Positions 16,825 to 27,393 are shown, counted from the first letter of the stretch. The stretch: DNA of 64,000 bases from a bacterium (GCA_049472335.1 JBLIRO010000021.1:1766-65765), one strand, 5' to 3'. Translations and numbers: made by a program. The notes: generated from the letters alone by a model not told the origin.

Positions 16825-18705
16825 ATGTTTCAAACATTAAAAAGACCTTACAAAGAATCTAACGCATATGAAACAATAGAGAAGATCAGGAATATATTGA
16901 ATACAGCGGATCTGGCTCCCAGAGTGGTTTTTCACGCCAATCCCTATCCCCAGATTCATTCCGTAAGATTGGAGTTGGATGAAACAAAAGGGGGTTTTGG
17001 GACAAACGGGAAGGGTCGAGACAAAGAGTATTGCTTTGCCAGCGGATACGCTGAATTTATCGAAAGGATGCAAAACGGGCTTTATGCCAACTTTTCACGC
17101 ACAATGATGAAAGGGATCAAAGAAAAACACGATTTTTTCTATGCCCCGGATGAGAGATATATCTCCAAAGAAGAATTCCTGCAACTTCCTGACGAGATCG
17201 TTTCGGACATAATTCATCGCGGCGGCAGGGATAAGATAAAATTTATCGAATCATATTTCAACCGTTTGAAGGTTAACAATGTCTCCGGGGTTGTTTCTTT
17301 ACCTTTTTATGATACAAAAAATGACAGAGAAATATTTCTTCCCCTCAATCTCCTTTTGCTTGCTGTAGGATCTACAGGGATGGCTGCAGGAAACACCAAT
17401 ACAGAGGCAATTTTTCAGGCCATTTGCGAGATTATGGAAAGATGGGGAGCCGCTGAGATATTTTACAACCAGTTGACCCCTCCAACTATCCCTGACGAAT
17501 TTCTTAAACAGTTTGAAGAGGAATACAAGATCATAGAAAACATCAGAAAGAGCGGGAAATACAAAGTCACAATAAAGGACTTTTCCGCCAACAGGAGAAT
17601 CCCCGCGGTAGGGATTATTATCGAGCATCCTGAATCACAAAAATATAAACTTAATGTGGGATGCGACACTTCATTCCAGGTGGCTCTCAGCCGCTGCCTT
17701 ACCGAAATTTATCAGGGCAGGATGAATGATAAGGTTTTCGATGAAGGCCTTCTTGATATCCCTAAGGAGGTGGCGGATTATTTTAAAAATGATGATCCCG
17801 TGTCGCTTTATAAAAGATATTCGGTTTTTGCGAGTTTCACCCATGACGGCAGCGGGATATTCCCTAAAAGCCTTTTTGATGACAAATTCGATTACCCTTT
17901 TGATTCTTCAATATTCGGCACAAAAAAATCCTATGACACTGAGGTGAAAACACTCATAACCAATTTCCATAAAATGGGATACAACGTATATATAAGGGAT
18001 GTCTCTTTCATGGGCTTTCCATCGGTTTTCGTTTATATCCCCAGGGTATCCGTCAAGGGGGTAAAAAACGCGCCTATACAGAATAATAGCGATACCTTTA
18101 GTGTCATTGAACTGGACAAAATAGAGCCCATGGTCTTCAATCTTAAAAACTGTAACGATGATGAGCTGCAGCAGATCGCCGACACTCTGGATAAACTTGC
18201 AGGCCAAATCAAGTTTAATGAGCTTTTTAACGTCGATCTGAAACCCATGTCTCCATGGAAAAATCTTGAAGTCTCCTTTCTTTTGACTCTGATATGGTAT
18301 AGATTGGGAGCCCTGGATAAAGCCAGGTTGAGCTTCAAGTTGTTTTTAAAAGAGCAGAAAGAGGAAAAGGAGTATTATAAGATCGTCGATCAATACCTCG
18401 ACCTTAAAGTAAAAGGGATCGATGAAGAAAAGATCGCGCAGAAGATCCTCAAGAAAGGATTCGATCAGAAACTGGTCGAAACAGTTATGCAGGATATGTC
18501 CGATCCAGATGAGATCTTTAAATACATCAAGCTTCCAAAATGCCCTGACTGCTCCGGTTGTGAGCTGCAAAATGATTGTTTGACCAACGGCAAACAGGTC
18601 ATTGCTCACAATATTTACCCTATAATGAAGGAGAATGAAATTGACCAGATAAGATTATCCTTAATTCTCAACGGGGCCGAAGAAGGGCCTGAAGAAGGAG
18701 ATTGA
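16825..18705 (+). CDS. YcaO-domain protein (ATP-dependent peptide backbone-modifying enzyme superfamily)
   Basis: 626 aa. N-terminal YcaO signature TNGKGRDKEYCFASGYAEFIERM. Overall layout resembles long stand-alone YcaOs with a helical C-terminal region. C-terminal CPDCSGCELQNDC cluster. Confidence 0.85.
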   Translation: MFQTLKRPYKESNAYETIEKIRNILNTADLAPRVVFHANPYPQIHSVRLELDETKGGFGTNGKGRDKEYCFASGYAEFIERMQNGLYANFSRTMMKGIKEKHDFFYAPDERYISKEEFLQLPDEIVSDIIHRGGRDKIKFIESYFNRLKVNNVSGVVSLPFYDTKNDREIFLPLNLLLLAVGSTGMAAGNTNTEAIFQAICEIMERWGAAEIFYNQLTPPTIPDEFLKQFEEEYKIIENIRKSGKYKVTIKDFSANRRIPAVGIIIEHPESQKYKLNVGCDTSFQVALSRCLTEIYQGRMNDKVFDEGLLDIPKEVADYFKNDDPVSLYKRYSVFASFTHDGSGIFPKSLFDDKFDYPFDSSIFGTKKSYDTEVKTLITNFHKMGYNVYIRDVSFMGFPSVFVYIPRVSVKGVKNAPIQNNSDTFSVIELDKIEPMVFNLKNCNDDELQQIADTLDKLAGQIKFNELFNVDLKPMSPWKNLEVSFLLTLIWYRLGALDKARLSFKLFLKEQKEEKEYYKIVDQYLDLKVKGIDEEKIAQKILKKGFDQKLVETVMQDMSDPDEIFKYIKLPKCPDCSGCELQNDCLTNGKQVIAHNIYPIMKENEIDQIRLSLILNGAEEGPEEGD

Positions 18706-18709
18706 ATCC

Positions 18710-20527
18710 ATGAAAACCCAATATCCCCATAAAGGCATATTCTCTTTTTTGCTGAAGCGCCTTGGAGGGTCCCCTCCAATAGAAAAGGCCCTGGAGGTGG
18801 TGAAGAGAGAGGTAAAAAAATACAGGCGGCTCATTTTTCTGGGAGCAGTGCTTATGTTCCTCGGCGCCCTTTTACTACTTCCCCTTCCCTTTATAATGGG
18901 AAAAATCATCGATATAGTATTACCCCAAAAGAATGTCAGGCTGCTTTTGACAGCTATCGGCATTCTGTTGGGAGTGAATATTATTGCGTCTATTATAAAC
19001 TACTTTCAGGAAGTACTTTTTTTTAAGATCAACAACAAGATGATCATCGATATCCGGAAGGCCCTTTTTCAAAAGGTCAACCGTCTTCCATTATTCATTA
19101 CGAAATCCTGTAATACCGGTTATCTGATGTCCAGGATCAAGGATGATCCCCCCCGCCTGGCTGCTTTGTTCGGGGAGAAGCTCATCCAAATGGTGAAACA
19201 GTTTTTTGTCTTCATCGTTTGCTTGAGTGCCCTCTTTTATATCAGTTGGGAATTGGCGTGCATCACCATCGCGGTCTTGCCTTTTTTCTTGTATACCGTT
19301 TATTACTTCGGGAAAAAGATCAAGAAGCAATCGGAGACGGTTTTCGAACGTGTCGCCGTAAACAGCAAATCCTTGCAGGAAAATCTCGACATGGTTGAAC
19401 TATGCAAGTCTTTTGGCAGGGAGGCCTTCAATACCAGGCGTTATCTGAGGGAAATCATAAAGACCTTAAGGGATTTTATAGTCCTAAAAAAACTGGAAAG
19501 CTTAAACAGTGTTATACTCGGATTTATCGGTGCAATTCTTCCGTTGAGCATACTCGGATACGGTGGATATAAGATCATCGCGGGGACATTCAGCATTGGT
19601 ATGCTTGTCACCTTTATAAGCCTGTTAAGCAATGTAGTCAGCCCGGCGTCCAGCCTGATAGGATTCAATATCGAAATACAAAAATTAAAGGTCGCCCTCA
19701 TACGTGTCGGAGAAATCCTGCATTTGCCGGAAGAGCCGGAAGCGGAGGGAATAGACTTCAGACCTGTGGATTCATTGAATGTAGATCATTTAATGTTCTC
19801 TTATAATGGTCTCAAACCTGTGCTGAAGAATATTACCCTAAATGCCGGGAAAGGGGAAAAAATAGGCATTGTCGGGGCCTCGGGCTCCGGAAAGACCAGT
19901 CTTGCCAGAGTTGTTTCCGGTTTGTATCAGTTCGCCGGAACGATCAGTATCAATGATTATCCGGTTGGCGCCATGCAAAGCAAAACACTGAGAAAAAATG
20001 TTGCCGTGGTGCCGCAGGAACCCTTTTTATTCAACGACTCTATCTATGCCAACGTTGCCTTCGGAAAACCGCGCGCTACTGAGGAAGAAGTAAGGGATGC
20101 GTTAATCAGGGCCAATGCCTGGGAATTCATCGAAAAAATGAAGGATAAGGAAAGGACCCTGGTAGGGGAGCGTGGAAACAGTCTTTCAGTGGGGCAGAAA
20201 CAAAGAATTGCAATTGCCCGGGCACTGATTAAGGATACGGATATACTTATCCTGGATGAGGCCACCTCCAATGTGGACAACATCTCGGCAAAAATGATAG
20301 CCGATGCCATAGATGATATATCAAAGCAAAAAATCATATTCATCATCGCTCACAATTTAGACTCAGTGACAACCTGCGATAAGATCATATACTTAAAAGA
20401 TGGGATTATCTCAGAAGAAGGAAGCCACGAAGAGCTCTTAGCCAAACAAGGGGATTATGCCGGACAATACAACAAACATATTCATTCACTTAAAAAGCCA
20501 CAGATGGAAGCTATGGCAGTCTCATAG
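18710..20527 (+). CDS. ABC exporter, fused 6-TM permease + ATPase (no N-terminal peptidase domain)
   Basis: 605 aa. Starts 4 nt after the YcaO stop. Walker A GASGSGKTS, signature LSVGQKQR and Walker B ILILDEAT. Confidence 0.9.
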   Translation: MKTQYPHKGIFSFLLKRLGGSPPIEKALEVVKREVKKYRRLIFLGAVLMFLGALLLLPLPFIMGKIIDIVLPQKNVRLLLTAIGILLGVNIIASIINYFQEVLFFKINNKMIIDIRKALFQKVNRLPLFITKSCNTGYLMSRIKDDPPRLAALFGEKLIQMVKQFFVFIVCLSALFYISWELACITIAVLPFFLYTVYYFGKKIKKQSETVFERVAVNSKSLQENLDMVELCKSFGREAFNTRRYLREIIKTLRDFIVLKKLESLNSVILGFIGAILPLSILGYGGYKIIAGTFSIGMLVTFISLLSNVVSPASSLIGFNIEIQKLKVALIRVGEILHLPEEPEAEGIDFRPVDSLNVDHLMFSYNGLKPVLKNITLNAGKGEKIGIVGASGSGKTSLARVVSGLYQFAGTISINDYPVGAMQSKTLRKNVAVVPQEPFLFNDSIYANVAFGKPRATEEEVRDALIRANAWEFIEKMKDKERTLVGERGNSLSVGQKQRIAIARALIKDTDILILDEATSNVDNISAKMIADAIDDISKQKIIFIIAHNLDSVTTCDKIIYLKDGIISEEGSHEELLAKQGDYAGQYNKHIHSLKKPQMEAMAVS

Positions 20528-20731
20528 TAACGCCTGATTTTTTAATGTTAATTAAGTAAGTATTGTGTTTCCTTAATTTAAGAACGTAATACAAAAATCT
20601 ATTGAGCGTCTAAATTAATTGTAAAGTTTTTGTTTATATTTTCACATTAAAGATTGTCGTATTCATCTTTATTTAATTATTTTGACTTTTTAATTGTTTA
20701 AAAATGCACACCTTTCTTACGAGTTAGCTGG

Positions 20732-20754
20732 GTCAGCTCTTGAAATACTGACAC
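20732..20754 (+). promoter_or_regulatory. recurrent motif GTCAG-N3-TTGAAATAYTGAYA, copy 1
   Basis: GTCAGCTCTTGAAATACTGACAC, about 90 nt upstream of the ATG at 20842. Contains the dyad GTCAG-N11-CTGAC. Confidence 0.3.
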
Positions 20755-20841
20755 ATCATTTTGCAAAATTTAAGATTTTGTGTTAATTTAATTTATAGAC
20801 TGCTCTTATTATTTTAATATACTTAAATTGCGGAGCACATC

Positions 20842-23800
20842 ATGAAGTCATTATTAAAAGGCTTAACAGTATTTCTTACCCTCCTAGTTTTGTCACCCAT
20901 ACTCAGCTCACCTGCCATAGCACAGTTAAATTTTTACTTCCCGGACTTTTGGCCGCCAGAATATTTACGAGACTTACAAACCTACTCGCGCCCAGCCACT
21001 ATCAAAAAAAGTGATATACTTGTTGATGACTTTGAGTATTCGGACAGCCCTTACAATCATGGGTGGATGGGATCTGATATTTATGGTGGCGGTTTTACCA
21101 AAATATCGATGGATTCGCAAATAAATAGTCTTGTACTTGATGCTTATAGGCCTCATTCCAATTTCTTAGTTTACACACCCTCTTCAATGCGAAAGATCTC
21201 GTATAACCTTTTTACACCCCTGAGCCTTAATAAACCTAATGGTGAGTCAGGCATAAGTATGGATACAAATCCGGTTTTAAGCCTTCTTTTCAGGTCCCTT
21301 CATGACAATGAGTCATGGGATCTATTTTTACTCGATGTTATTGGAGAAGATACAAGCGGTGAAAGGACTATTACCGTCACAATCAAGATAGGGCCTATGG
21401 AACAGCCTTGCGGAACTTCCGTAGGATCTTTAAAGGGCAATGAATGCATATTTGACATAAGAGCTGCTGTTACCGGTTTTAATCCTTCAGGGCAATTACA
21501 GGTCACTGCTACTATCAATCGGAGTATGCTCGATGGTTCATGGCATACCGTGCATGTCGATTTGGTTAAAGCAGTAAAGACCGCCGTAGCTGTATTCAAT
21601 GAGATAGATGATTCCGATAAATCTGATTGGCATATAGCCAGGGCGAACTCAATTGAAATAAGAGGCTGGAAATTTCGTTTGGACAATATCATATTCAGGT
21701 CTAAGACAGGCGGGAAGTTTCTCGAGTCTCCCGATCTTTTCGAAATGGGCCCTCTGTATAACCAAATATTTGAGCCTTACAGGTTTCTGTTTATTGCGGA
21801 TTCTCAGGGGGAAGGGATATTGGTCCATGACAAGAACAGCCAGGCAAATAAAATTAAACAGATCACAGACCTTATGCTCAATCCTGACAATTTCCTTCTT
21901 GTGGAAGACCCTAACGATCCCAATGATCCTGTCGTGAGATACTGGACAGACGAAATGGGCGCGGACCCCAATCTCTTCGGAGAAAATGATCCTAACCTGG
22001 CGCAGAAATTTGACAGGAATTCGTTCGTTGTGGACCTTAACCTGGCTATCTTTGCTGATTCTAACCTTAGGATGGAGCCGGATGGTCCCGGAAGCCTGGC
22101 TGAAACTATCATTTCATCAGGCATTCTGGACTGGCATTCCACAGTTGGCGGATACGGCGCCTACGGCACTCAGTATTACTTGCTGCAACCACTCCCGATC
22201 TATCCTTATGACGGTATGCCGACTTTTCTGCCGGCCCGCTATTCTCTCATAGACGTCATAGGGAAATACGGCAAGCCCTATTACTCCCCTGAACACGTCC
22301 GTATGCTCGAAGGAGCTCTTTGGAATTCGGGAATCACTGCGTGGCCTAACATTGCGGCCCTTGATTATACACCGCAGTATTTTGAAGACATGATCGTGAC
22401 CATTGAGGTTACTAACGGGATAGATAGCGACGTGAGGACCTTCCCTATCAGTGTGACCAACTATCCGGTTGAGAATTATCCGCCAGTGCTCCAGTTGGAT
22501 GCAGTGTTCCGGTTGAATATCGGGGAGTTAGTCTTCTATGTGGATGATATTAATGAATATGCATTTAATGTAATCGATCCTGATTGTTTCATCTTCTCAT
22601 TGTCATCTGATCCGCCAACTACACATGTACCAGGAATCCCTATGCATGAAGATTACAGGACCGATATGGACGGGCTCAGTTGGGGTATTGACACGATAAC
22701 AATTAACGGACAACTATCTTCATTGTTTACTACTTATCATTATATAGGTCCCTGGTATGACTGTAGTATCTTTAGTTCATTGATGGATGATTTTGACTAC
22801 TGTTATTTCCAGGATACCGGTTTGATTCAGTTTACACCACGGTCTGAAAAAACTCTAGGAATTGAAATCATTGCCAGTGATTTGAGGGGGGGCAATTCCA
22901 CCATTGAATTGAAAATCAATTGCGTTTCCTGGTCAGACACCGATGAAGACGGTATTCAAGATTCACTGGACAACTGTCCCTTTTTAGCAAACCAATGTCA
23001 ATTTGATTCGGATGAAGATGGTATAGGTGATGAATGTGATATCTGCCCTGAAGCCTTCGACCCTAATCAGGAGGATCTGGACAGCGATGGAACCGGTGAT
23101 TTATGTGATAACTGTCCCGGCACTCCCAATACGGATCAGTTGGATAATGACAAGGATAATATAGGTAACGCATGCGATACATGTCCGGGTGATATCAATA
23201 ATGACGGGGACGGGGATGGCTGGTGCGGCGACATAGACAACTGTCCGAATATCTGGAATATGGATCAGGAGGATAAGGATGGAGACGGTATAGGCAATCC
23301 CTGCGATAATTGCCCTGACTACTCCAATCCTGATCAAGGGGATTCAGACGGAGATGGAATCGGTGACGCATGTGATAACTGTCCGCATTTTCCGGATTCT
23401 AACCTGCAGGATACTGATGGGGACGGCATCGGGGATGTGTGCGACAACTGCCCTAATGCAGTCAATCCCGGTCAGGTTGACCAGGACAATGATGATATGG
23501 GCGATGAATGCGATGTATGTCCCAATGATTTTACAAACGATGAAGACGGGGATAATGTCTGCGGCATGACAGACAATTGCCCCGGACTTTCCAATCCTGA
23601 TCAAAAAGATAAGGACAATGACGGAATCGGGGATGTGTGTGATAACTGCCCTAATGGTCTAAATCCTGACCAAACGGACAAAGACTGGGACGGCATAGGA
23701 AATGTATGCGACAATTGCGTGTATGCATCCAATCCTGAACAGATTGACAAGGATGGAGATGGTATAGGTGATCCGTGTGATAATTGTCCGGATATATCCA

Positions 23801-24354
23801 ATCCTTTTCAAGACGACACGGACAAGGACGGACTGGGGAATGTATGTGATAAATGCCCATCCATATCCGATTATAAACAAAAAGATATGGATGGTGACGG
23901 AATCGGGGATATGTGCGATAACTGCCCGGAGGCTTTTAATCCTGACCAGGCGGACTCAGATGGAGACAATATAGGTGATGCCTGTGATACTCCATCTACT
24001 CAACCTGAAAAAAAGCAAAGCAAGACAATCCTGCCCTATTATCAATTCCGGCAGCAATTTCCATGGTTTTCAAGTTTTATGCCTTATAATCTTTTAGGAT
24101 ATCGCTATGGCGCCATCTATAGCTCATTATTTGATAATACCCAAAACCCGTTTTTGATAAATACCTTCCAGCAGGGAGATTATGCACAGAATAATTTCTT
24201 ATATCCCATAAATACGACAAATTACGGATCTTCTTTTTTACCGAACCTTTTGACCCATTCAGCCCCTTGGGCTTGGCATGGTTCTATATATTACTATGAC
24301 CAAAGCGGTCTCCCTCTGGGTTTTAATCAGTATTTACCGAAGCCATTACAGTAA
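20842..24354 (+). CDS. large secreted protein with 16 thrombospondin type-3 (Ca-binding) repeats and an aromatic-rich C-terminal tail
   Basis: 1170 aa. Signal peptide ending AIA-QLNFYF. About 670 aa of unrecognised N-terminal region. A DxDxDGxGDxCDNCP repeat array. The C-terminal ~108 aa are Y/F/N/P-rich. Confidence 0.85.
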   Translation: MKSLLKGLTVFLTLLVLSPILSSPAIAQLNFYFPDFWPPEYLRDLQTYSRPATIKKSDILVDDFEYSDSPYNHGWMGSDIYGGGFTKISMDSQINSLVLDAYRPHSNFLVYTPSSMRKISYNLFTPLSLNKPNGESGISMDTNPVLSLLFRSLHDNESWDLFLLDVIGEDTSGERTITVTIKIGPMEQPCGTSVGSLKGNECIFDIRAAVTGFNPSGQLQVTATINRSMLDGSWHTVHVDLVKAVKTAVAVFNEIDDSDKSDWHIARANSIEIRGWKFRLDNIIFRSKTGGKFLESPDLFEMGPLYNQIFEPYRFLFIADSQGEGILVHDKNSQANKIKQITDLMLNPDNFLLVEDPNDPNDPVVRYWTDEMGADPNLFGENDPNLAQKFDRNSFVVDLNLAIFADSNLRMEPDGPGSLAETIISSGILDWHSTVGGYGAYGTQYYLLQPLPIYPYDGMPTFLPARYSLIDVIGKYGKPYYSPEHVRMLEGALWNSGITAWPNIAALDYTPQYFEDMIVTIEVTNGIDSDVRTFPISVTNYPVENYPPVLQLDAVFRLNIGELVFYVDDINEYAFNVIDPDCFIFSLSSDPPTTHVPGIPMHEDYRTDMDGLSWGIDTITINGQLSSLFTTYHYIGPWYDCSIFSSLMDDFDYCYFQDTGLIQFTPRSEKTLGIEIIASDLRGGNSTIELKINCVSWSDTDEDGIQDSLDNCPFLANQCQFDSDEDGIGDECDICPEAFDPNQEDLDSDGTGDLCDNCPGTPNTDQLDNDKDNIGNACDTCPGDINNDGDGDGWCGDIDNCPNIWNMDQEDKDGDGIGNPCDNCPDYSNPDQGDSDGDGIGDACDNCPHFPDSNLQDTDGDGIGDVCDNCPNAVNPGQVDQDNDDMGDECDVCPNDFTNDEDGDNVCGMTDNCPGLSNPDQKDKDNDGIGDVCDNCPNGLNPDQTDKDWDGIGNVCDNCVYASNPEQIDKDGDGIGDPCDNCPDISNPFQDDTDKDGLGNVCDKCPSISDYKQKDMDGDGIGDMCDNCPEAFNPDQADSDGDNIGDACDTPSTQPEKKQSKTILPYYQFRQQFPWFSSFMPYNLLGYRYGAIYSSLFDNTQNPFLINTFQQGDYAQNNFLYPINTTNYGSSFLPNLLTHSAPWAWHGSIYYYDQSGLPLGFNQYLPKPLQ
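22936..23988 (+). repeat. array of 16 coding thrombospondin type-3-like repeats
   Basis: Counted by hand from [15 protein letters not shown] to [12 protein letters not shown]. The array generates many spurious alternative-frame and antisense ORFs in the track. Confidence 0.9.
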
Positions 24355-24587
24355 GAAGTAAGTCTAAAACTTCGTCTGAAGTTTTGATATATTATTTAAA
24401 TAGTTTGTATAATATCTAAAGGACCCCTTGAAACATATTTTTAATTCGGAAAAATATTAGAATTTTACATATTATCCTATTGCTTTTTACTTTTTGCTTT
24501 AAAATAGATTTGCTCGGTTGTTTGTGACTCTTAAAGTCACGGAAGTTTGATTAAAATTCAAAAAATATTTAAAGGTGGGATATCGAT

Positions 24588-26330
24588 ATGATTACAAGGA
24601 CGCAAGTAAAGGATCTACGTTACTATCTTCTAATCTTTTTATTATCAACCATAATACTTTTCTCACTTCTTATCATTAGGATAAACTTCAGCCATGCATA
24701 TTTTTCCCCTTATCCAGCATTCTTTCAGCCCCCATGGCAACAGATACCATATTTTAGCCCTGTGTTTCCTGGAAGCGTTATTCCACCCCAATACCCATAC
24801 TCAAACTTATACCCAAGATTTGCTCGATCCAATACAAATTATCCTGCATCCTTCTATCCCAATTTCGGAGGCTTCGGGTTTTTGCCTTACAGGTCCTATA
24901 ATAGTGCTTATAGCTTACCCCTGACTTCTCAATTACCCTTTTATACACCTGCAAATCCGGCCTCAATGTATACCCTTTTCAACAATCCCGGCCTTGCCAG
25001 CGCCTATTTACGCCCGGATCCTCAATGGAGGATAGGCAAAGAGGTAACCCCTTCACCACCGCCAACTCCCGGCATGGGAACCGGTATAGAAACAGGTCAA
25101 TTAAGGATCGGGGCCACAGCCAGTCAAAGACGTGGCACTAACAGTTCGATCGTTCCTTCATATGTTAACCGCCAGTTGATTGTTATGTTCCGTCCTGAAG
25201 TCCCGCCACAGGAAAGAATGGCAGTGCTTGGCAAGCATAACTGCACGGAAATAAGAACAAGCGCCTATGGAGGATTTACACTCATTGCGCTCTCATCCTT
25301 TCAGAGTGTGCGTGACACCGCGGAGCAATTTTCAATGGAACCATCCGTGCTTTATGCGGAGCCTAATTATTACAGACGTGCCCATCTTCTCCCAAACGAT
25401 CCCTATTACGTTTATCAATGGCATTTTCCCTGGCCGCACCTGGCCACCCCCCTGTCTTGGGACATAAACACAGGAGCAGGAGTGACTGTAGGGCTGCTCG
25501 ATTCCGGCGTTGCCTACCGCACTGCCGCGCCTTATGCACAGGCCCCGGACCTTGCAGGCACTTTGTTCGCTCCGGGCTGGGACTTTGTGAACGCGGACGC
25601 ATTTCCTGACGACGATTACGGGCATGGGACCCATATGTGCGGCTGTATCGCGCAAACCACAAACAACTTATTGGGCGTGGCAGGAGTGGCGTTTTCCTCC
25701 ACCATAATGCCTGTAAAGGTCATGGATAGTTTGGGAGATGCCACTATTGCGGACGAGGCTGACGGAATATATTTTGCAACTAATAATGGGGCAAGGGTTA
25801 TAAACATGAGCTTCGGAGGAGTCGGGACATCCGCCACAGAAGAAGCAGCTTTGGTATTCGCCTATAGCCAGGGGGTGACGCAACTGGGTTCATCCGGAAA
25901 TGCCGGATCAACCGTGCCGGAATATCCGGCAGCCTATCCGGAATGTATTTCCGTAGGAGCAGTTCAGTATGATCAAACCAGAGCCCCTTATTCAAATTAC
26001 GGGGTAGAGTTGGATCTCGTAGCCCCCGGAGGAAACATTACTCTGGACCAGAATTTTGATGGATACGGTGACGGAATTTTACAGCAAAGACATGATGGAG
26101 TAAACTTTACATCCTTCTATTATGAATTTATGGAAGGAACATCCCCTGCCTGCGCGCTGGCAGCGGGTGTGACCGCCCTTGTGATCAGCAAAAGCACGGC
26201 CGTGTTAACACCGCTTCAGGTTACAAATATCCTTCAGACCACCGCGACTGATCTGGGCGTAGTCGGCTGGGACCAGGAATACGGATGGGGAGAAGTCTAC
26301 GCCTACGGAGCCCTCCTCAATACCCCTTAA
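24588..26330 (+). CDS. secreted subtilisin-like serine peptidase (S8) with N-terminal low-complexity region and I9-like propeptide
   Basis: 580 aa. Catalytic triad motifs GLLDSGV (Asp), HGTHMCG (His) and GTSPACA (Ser). Low-complexity region YFSPYPAFFQPPWQQIPYFSPVFPG... at about residues 36-150. Confidence 0.9.
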   Translation: MITRTQVKDLRYYLLIFLLSTIILFSLLIIRINFSHAYFSPYPAFFQPPWQQIPYFSPVFPGSVIPPQYPYSNLYPRFARSNTNYPASFYPNFGGFGFLPYRSYNSAYSLPLTSQLPFYTPANPASMYTLFNNPGLASAYLRPDPQWRIGKEVTPSPPPTPGMGTGIETGQLRIGATASQRRGTNSSIVPSYVNRQLIVMFRPEVPPQERMAVLGKHNCTEIRTSAYGGFTLIALSSFQSVRDTAEQFSMEPSVLYAEPNYYRRAHLLPNDPYYVYQWHFPWPHLATPLSWDINTGAGVTVGLLDSGVAYRTAAPYAQAPDLAGTLFAPGWDFVNADAFPDDDYGHGTHMCGCIAQTTNNLLGVAGVAFSSTIMPVKVMDSLGDATIADEADGIYFATNNGARVINMSFGGVGTSATEEAALVFAYSQGVTQLGSSGNAGSTVPEYPAAYPECISVGAVQYDQTRAPYSNYGVELDLVAPGGNITLDQNFDGYGDGILQQRHDGVNFTSFYYEFMEGTSPACALAAGVTALVISKSTAVLTPLQVTNILQTTATDLGVVGWDQEYGWGEVYAYGALLNTP

Positions 26331-26364
26331 GGGACAGAGTTATACCCCTTAAGGGACGGAGTTA
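26321..26364 (+). repeat. 22-bp tandem duplication spanning the S8 peptidase stop codon, plus a third partial copy at 26401-26415
   Basis: TACCCCTTAAGGGACAGAGTTA followed by TACCCCTTAAGGGACGGAGTTA, then TAAGGGACGGAGTTA. Confidence 0.85.
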
Positions 26365-26403
26365 GTTTATTAGTTTAAGGTATAATCAGAGGGTCTGCAA
26401 TAA

Positions 26404-26452
26404 GGGACGGAGTTAGGATTAAACAGGAATGCCCCGTCCCTTTTTCTTTTTT
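26404..26452 (+). terminator. hairpin + T-run terminator candidate for the S8 gene (overlaps the 3' end of the convergent PEP-CTERM gene)
   Basis: GGGACGG (26404-26410) pairs with CCGTCCC (26434-26440) and is followed by TTTTTCTTTTTTC. The loop is long (23 nt). Confidence 0.4.
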
Positions 26453-27096
26453 CTTATGGCCGCAAGTCCTAAAACGCCGAATAGAAGAAAAACAAAACTT
26501 GATGGTTCAGGGACCGGCGCATAAAAATAATTAACTATCATTTCCCCATTAAACACACAATCAGAAAATTCATATTTTTTGCCCAAATCATCGTATATAA
26601 CACCAGGAAAAATATCTTTAAATACATTTGTAAGGGAAACGGAAGTATCATTTTCTTTTAAGGTAAAGAAAGACAGAATGTCGGGATTGGAATAAAATTC
26701 ACCTTGAATACCCCAGGTCCCCGCACCTGTCATTGCTTGCCCATCACCATTGAATGAACATAATCCATCTCCATCGCCAAAATCGAATTCCTGATGTATT
26801 CTTGACCCTAAGTTTATGTTTTCAACCTTTAAGATATATTGGTTTTCATAATAAAATGCCAATCCTTCAACATTATTACTATATGGAGGAGGATCGACAG
26901 ACTGATAATAAAACCAGCCATCTGAATATGTTTCCACAAGTACTTTCTCTAAGGTTCCAAGGGCTGAGTCAAACAAAAAATCCTGTGCGTCCAAAACATT
27001 ACCAATAGATAAATTTCTGCTAATATTGGCTGCTTTTGCCAAGGAGATAAAAGACGATAAACTAAAAATAATTAATAACATTAAAATCTTTCTCAT
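26419..27096 (-). CDS. PEP-CTERM-sorted secreted protein
   Basis: 225 aa. Signal peptide. The C-terminus VPEPSSFVFLLFGVLGLAAIRKKKKGRG is the PEP motif + TM helix + basic cluster of exosortase substrates. Confidence 0.75.
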   Translation of the reverse strand: MRKILMLLIIFSLSSFISLAKAANISRNLSIGNVLDAQDFLFDSALGTLEKVLVETYSDGWFYYQSVDPPPYSNNVEGLAFYYENQYILKVENINLGSRIHQEFDFGDGDGLCSFNGDGQAMTGAGTWGIQGEFYSNPDILSFFTLKENDTSVSLTNVFKDIFPGVIYDDLGKKYEFSDCVFNGEMIVNYFYAPVPEPSSFVFLLFGVLGLAAIRKKKKGRGIPV

Positions 27097-27370
27097 TTAT
27101 TACTTAGCTCCCTTAAAAATTATTTATGATAAGGACATAAAAATTTTTAATTACTCCATGTGCTCATCTCCTTTTTAACAATTAAGCAGTTTGCCTCAAA
27201 ATTTTATAACTTGAAATTTTATTAAATCTCGAGGCAAATCAACTTCATATAGTTTTAAATCCAAAAAAAGGTTAATTCTTCATTAAAAAATTAACATACA
27301 TTTTGAAAAAGCAATTCTTATGCCTTTCAGCCAATTCTAATTATGGCAATTGTGTCCTCTGAATCCCAGA

Positions 27371-27393
27371 GTCAGGCATTGAAATATTGACAA
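27371..27393 (+). promoter_or_regulatory. recurrent motif GTCAG-N3-TTGAAATAYTGAYA, copy 2
   Basis: GTCAGGCATTGAAATATTGACAA, in the 800-bp intergenic region between 27096 and 27908. Confidence 0.3.

Noticed and set aside
20581-20620. Possible third copy of the TTTTTTACGTCTATTAA element (…ATTGAGCGTCTAAATTAA…)
   Set aside because: Only the CGTCTA-ATTAA part matches. The spacing to any GAAC/GAAGG box differs (19-21 nt), so the similarity is too weak to count.
23101-23974. Cluster of 66-86-aa ORFs on both strands within the TSP3 array
   Set aside because: These are artefacts of the periodic GAY-GGN-GAY codon repeats, which keep several frames open. The plus-strand TSP3 frame is unambiguous.
22936-23988. 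Possible CRISPR-like or non-coding tandem array
   Set aside because: The periodicity is that of a protein repeat in one continuous ORF. There is no repeat-spacer structure anywhere in the window, and no cas genes.
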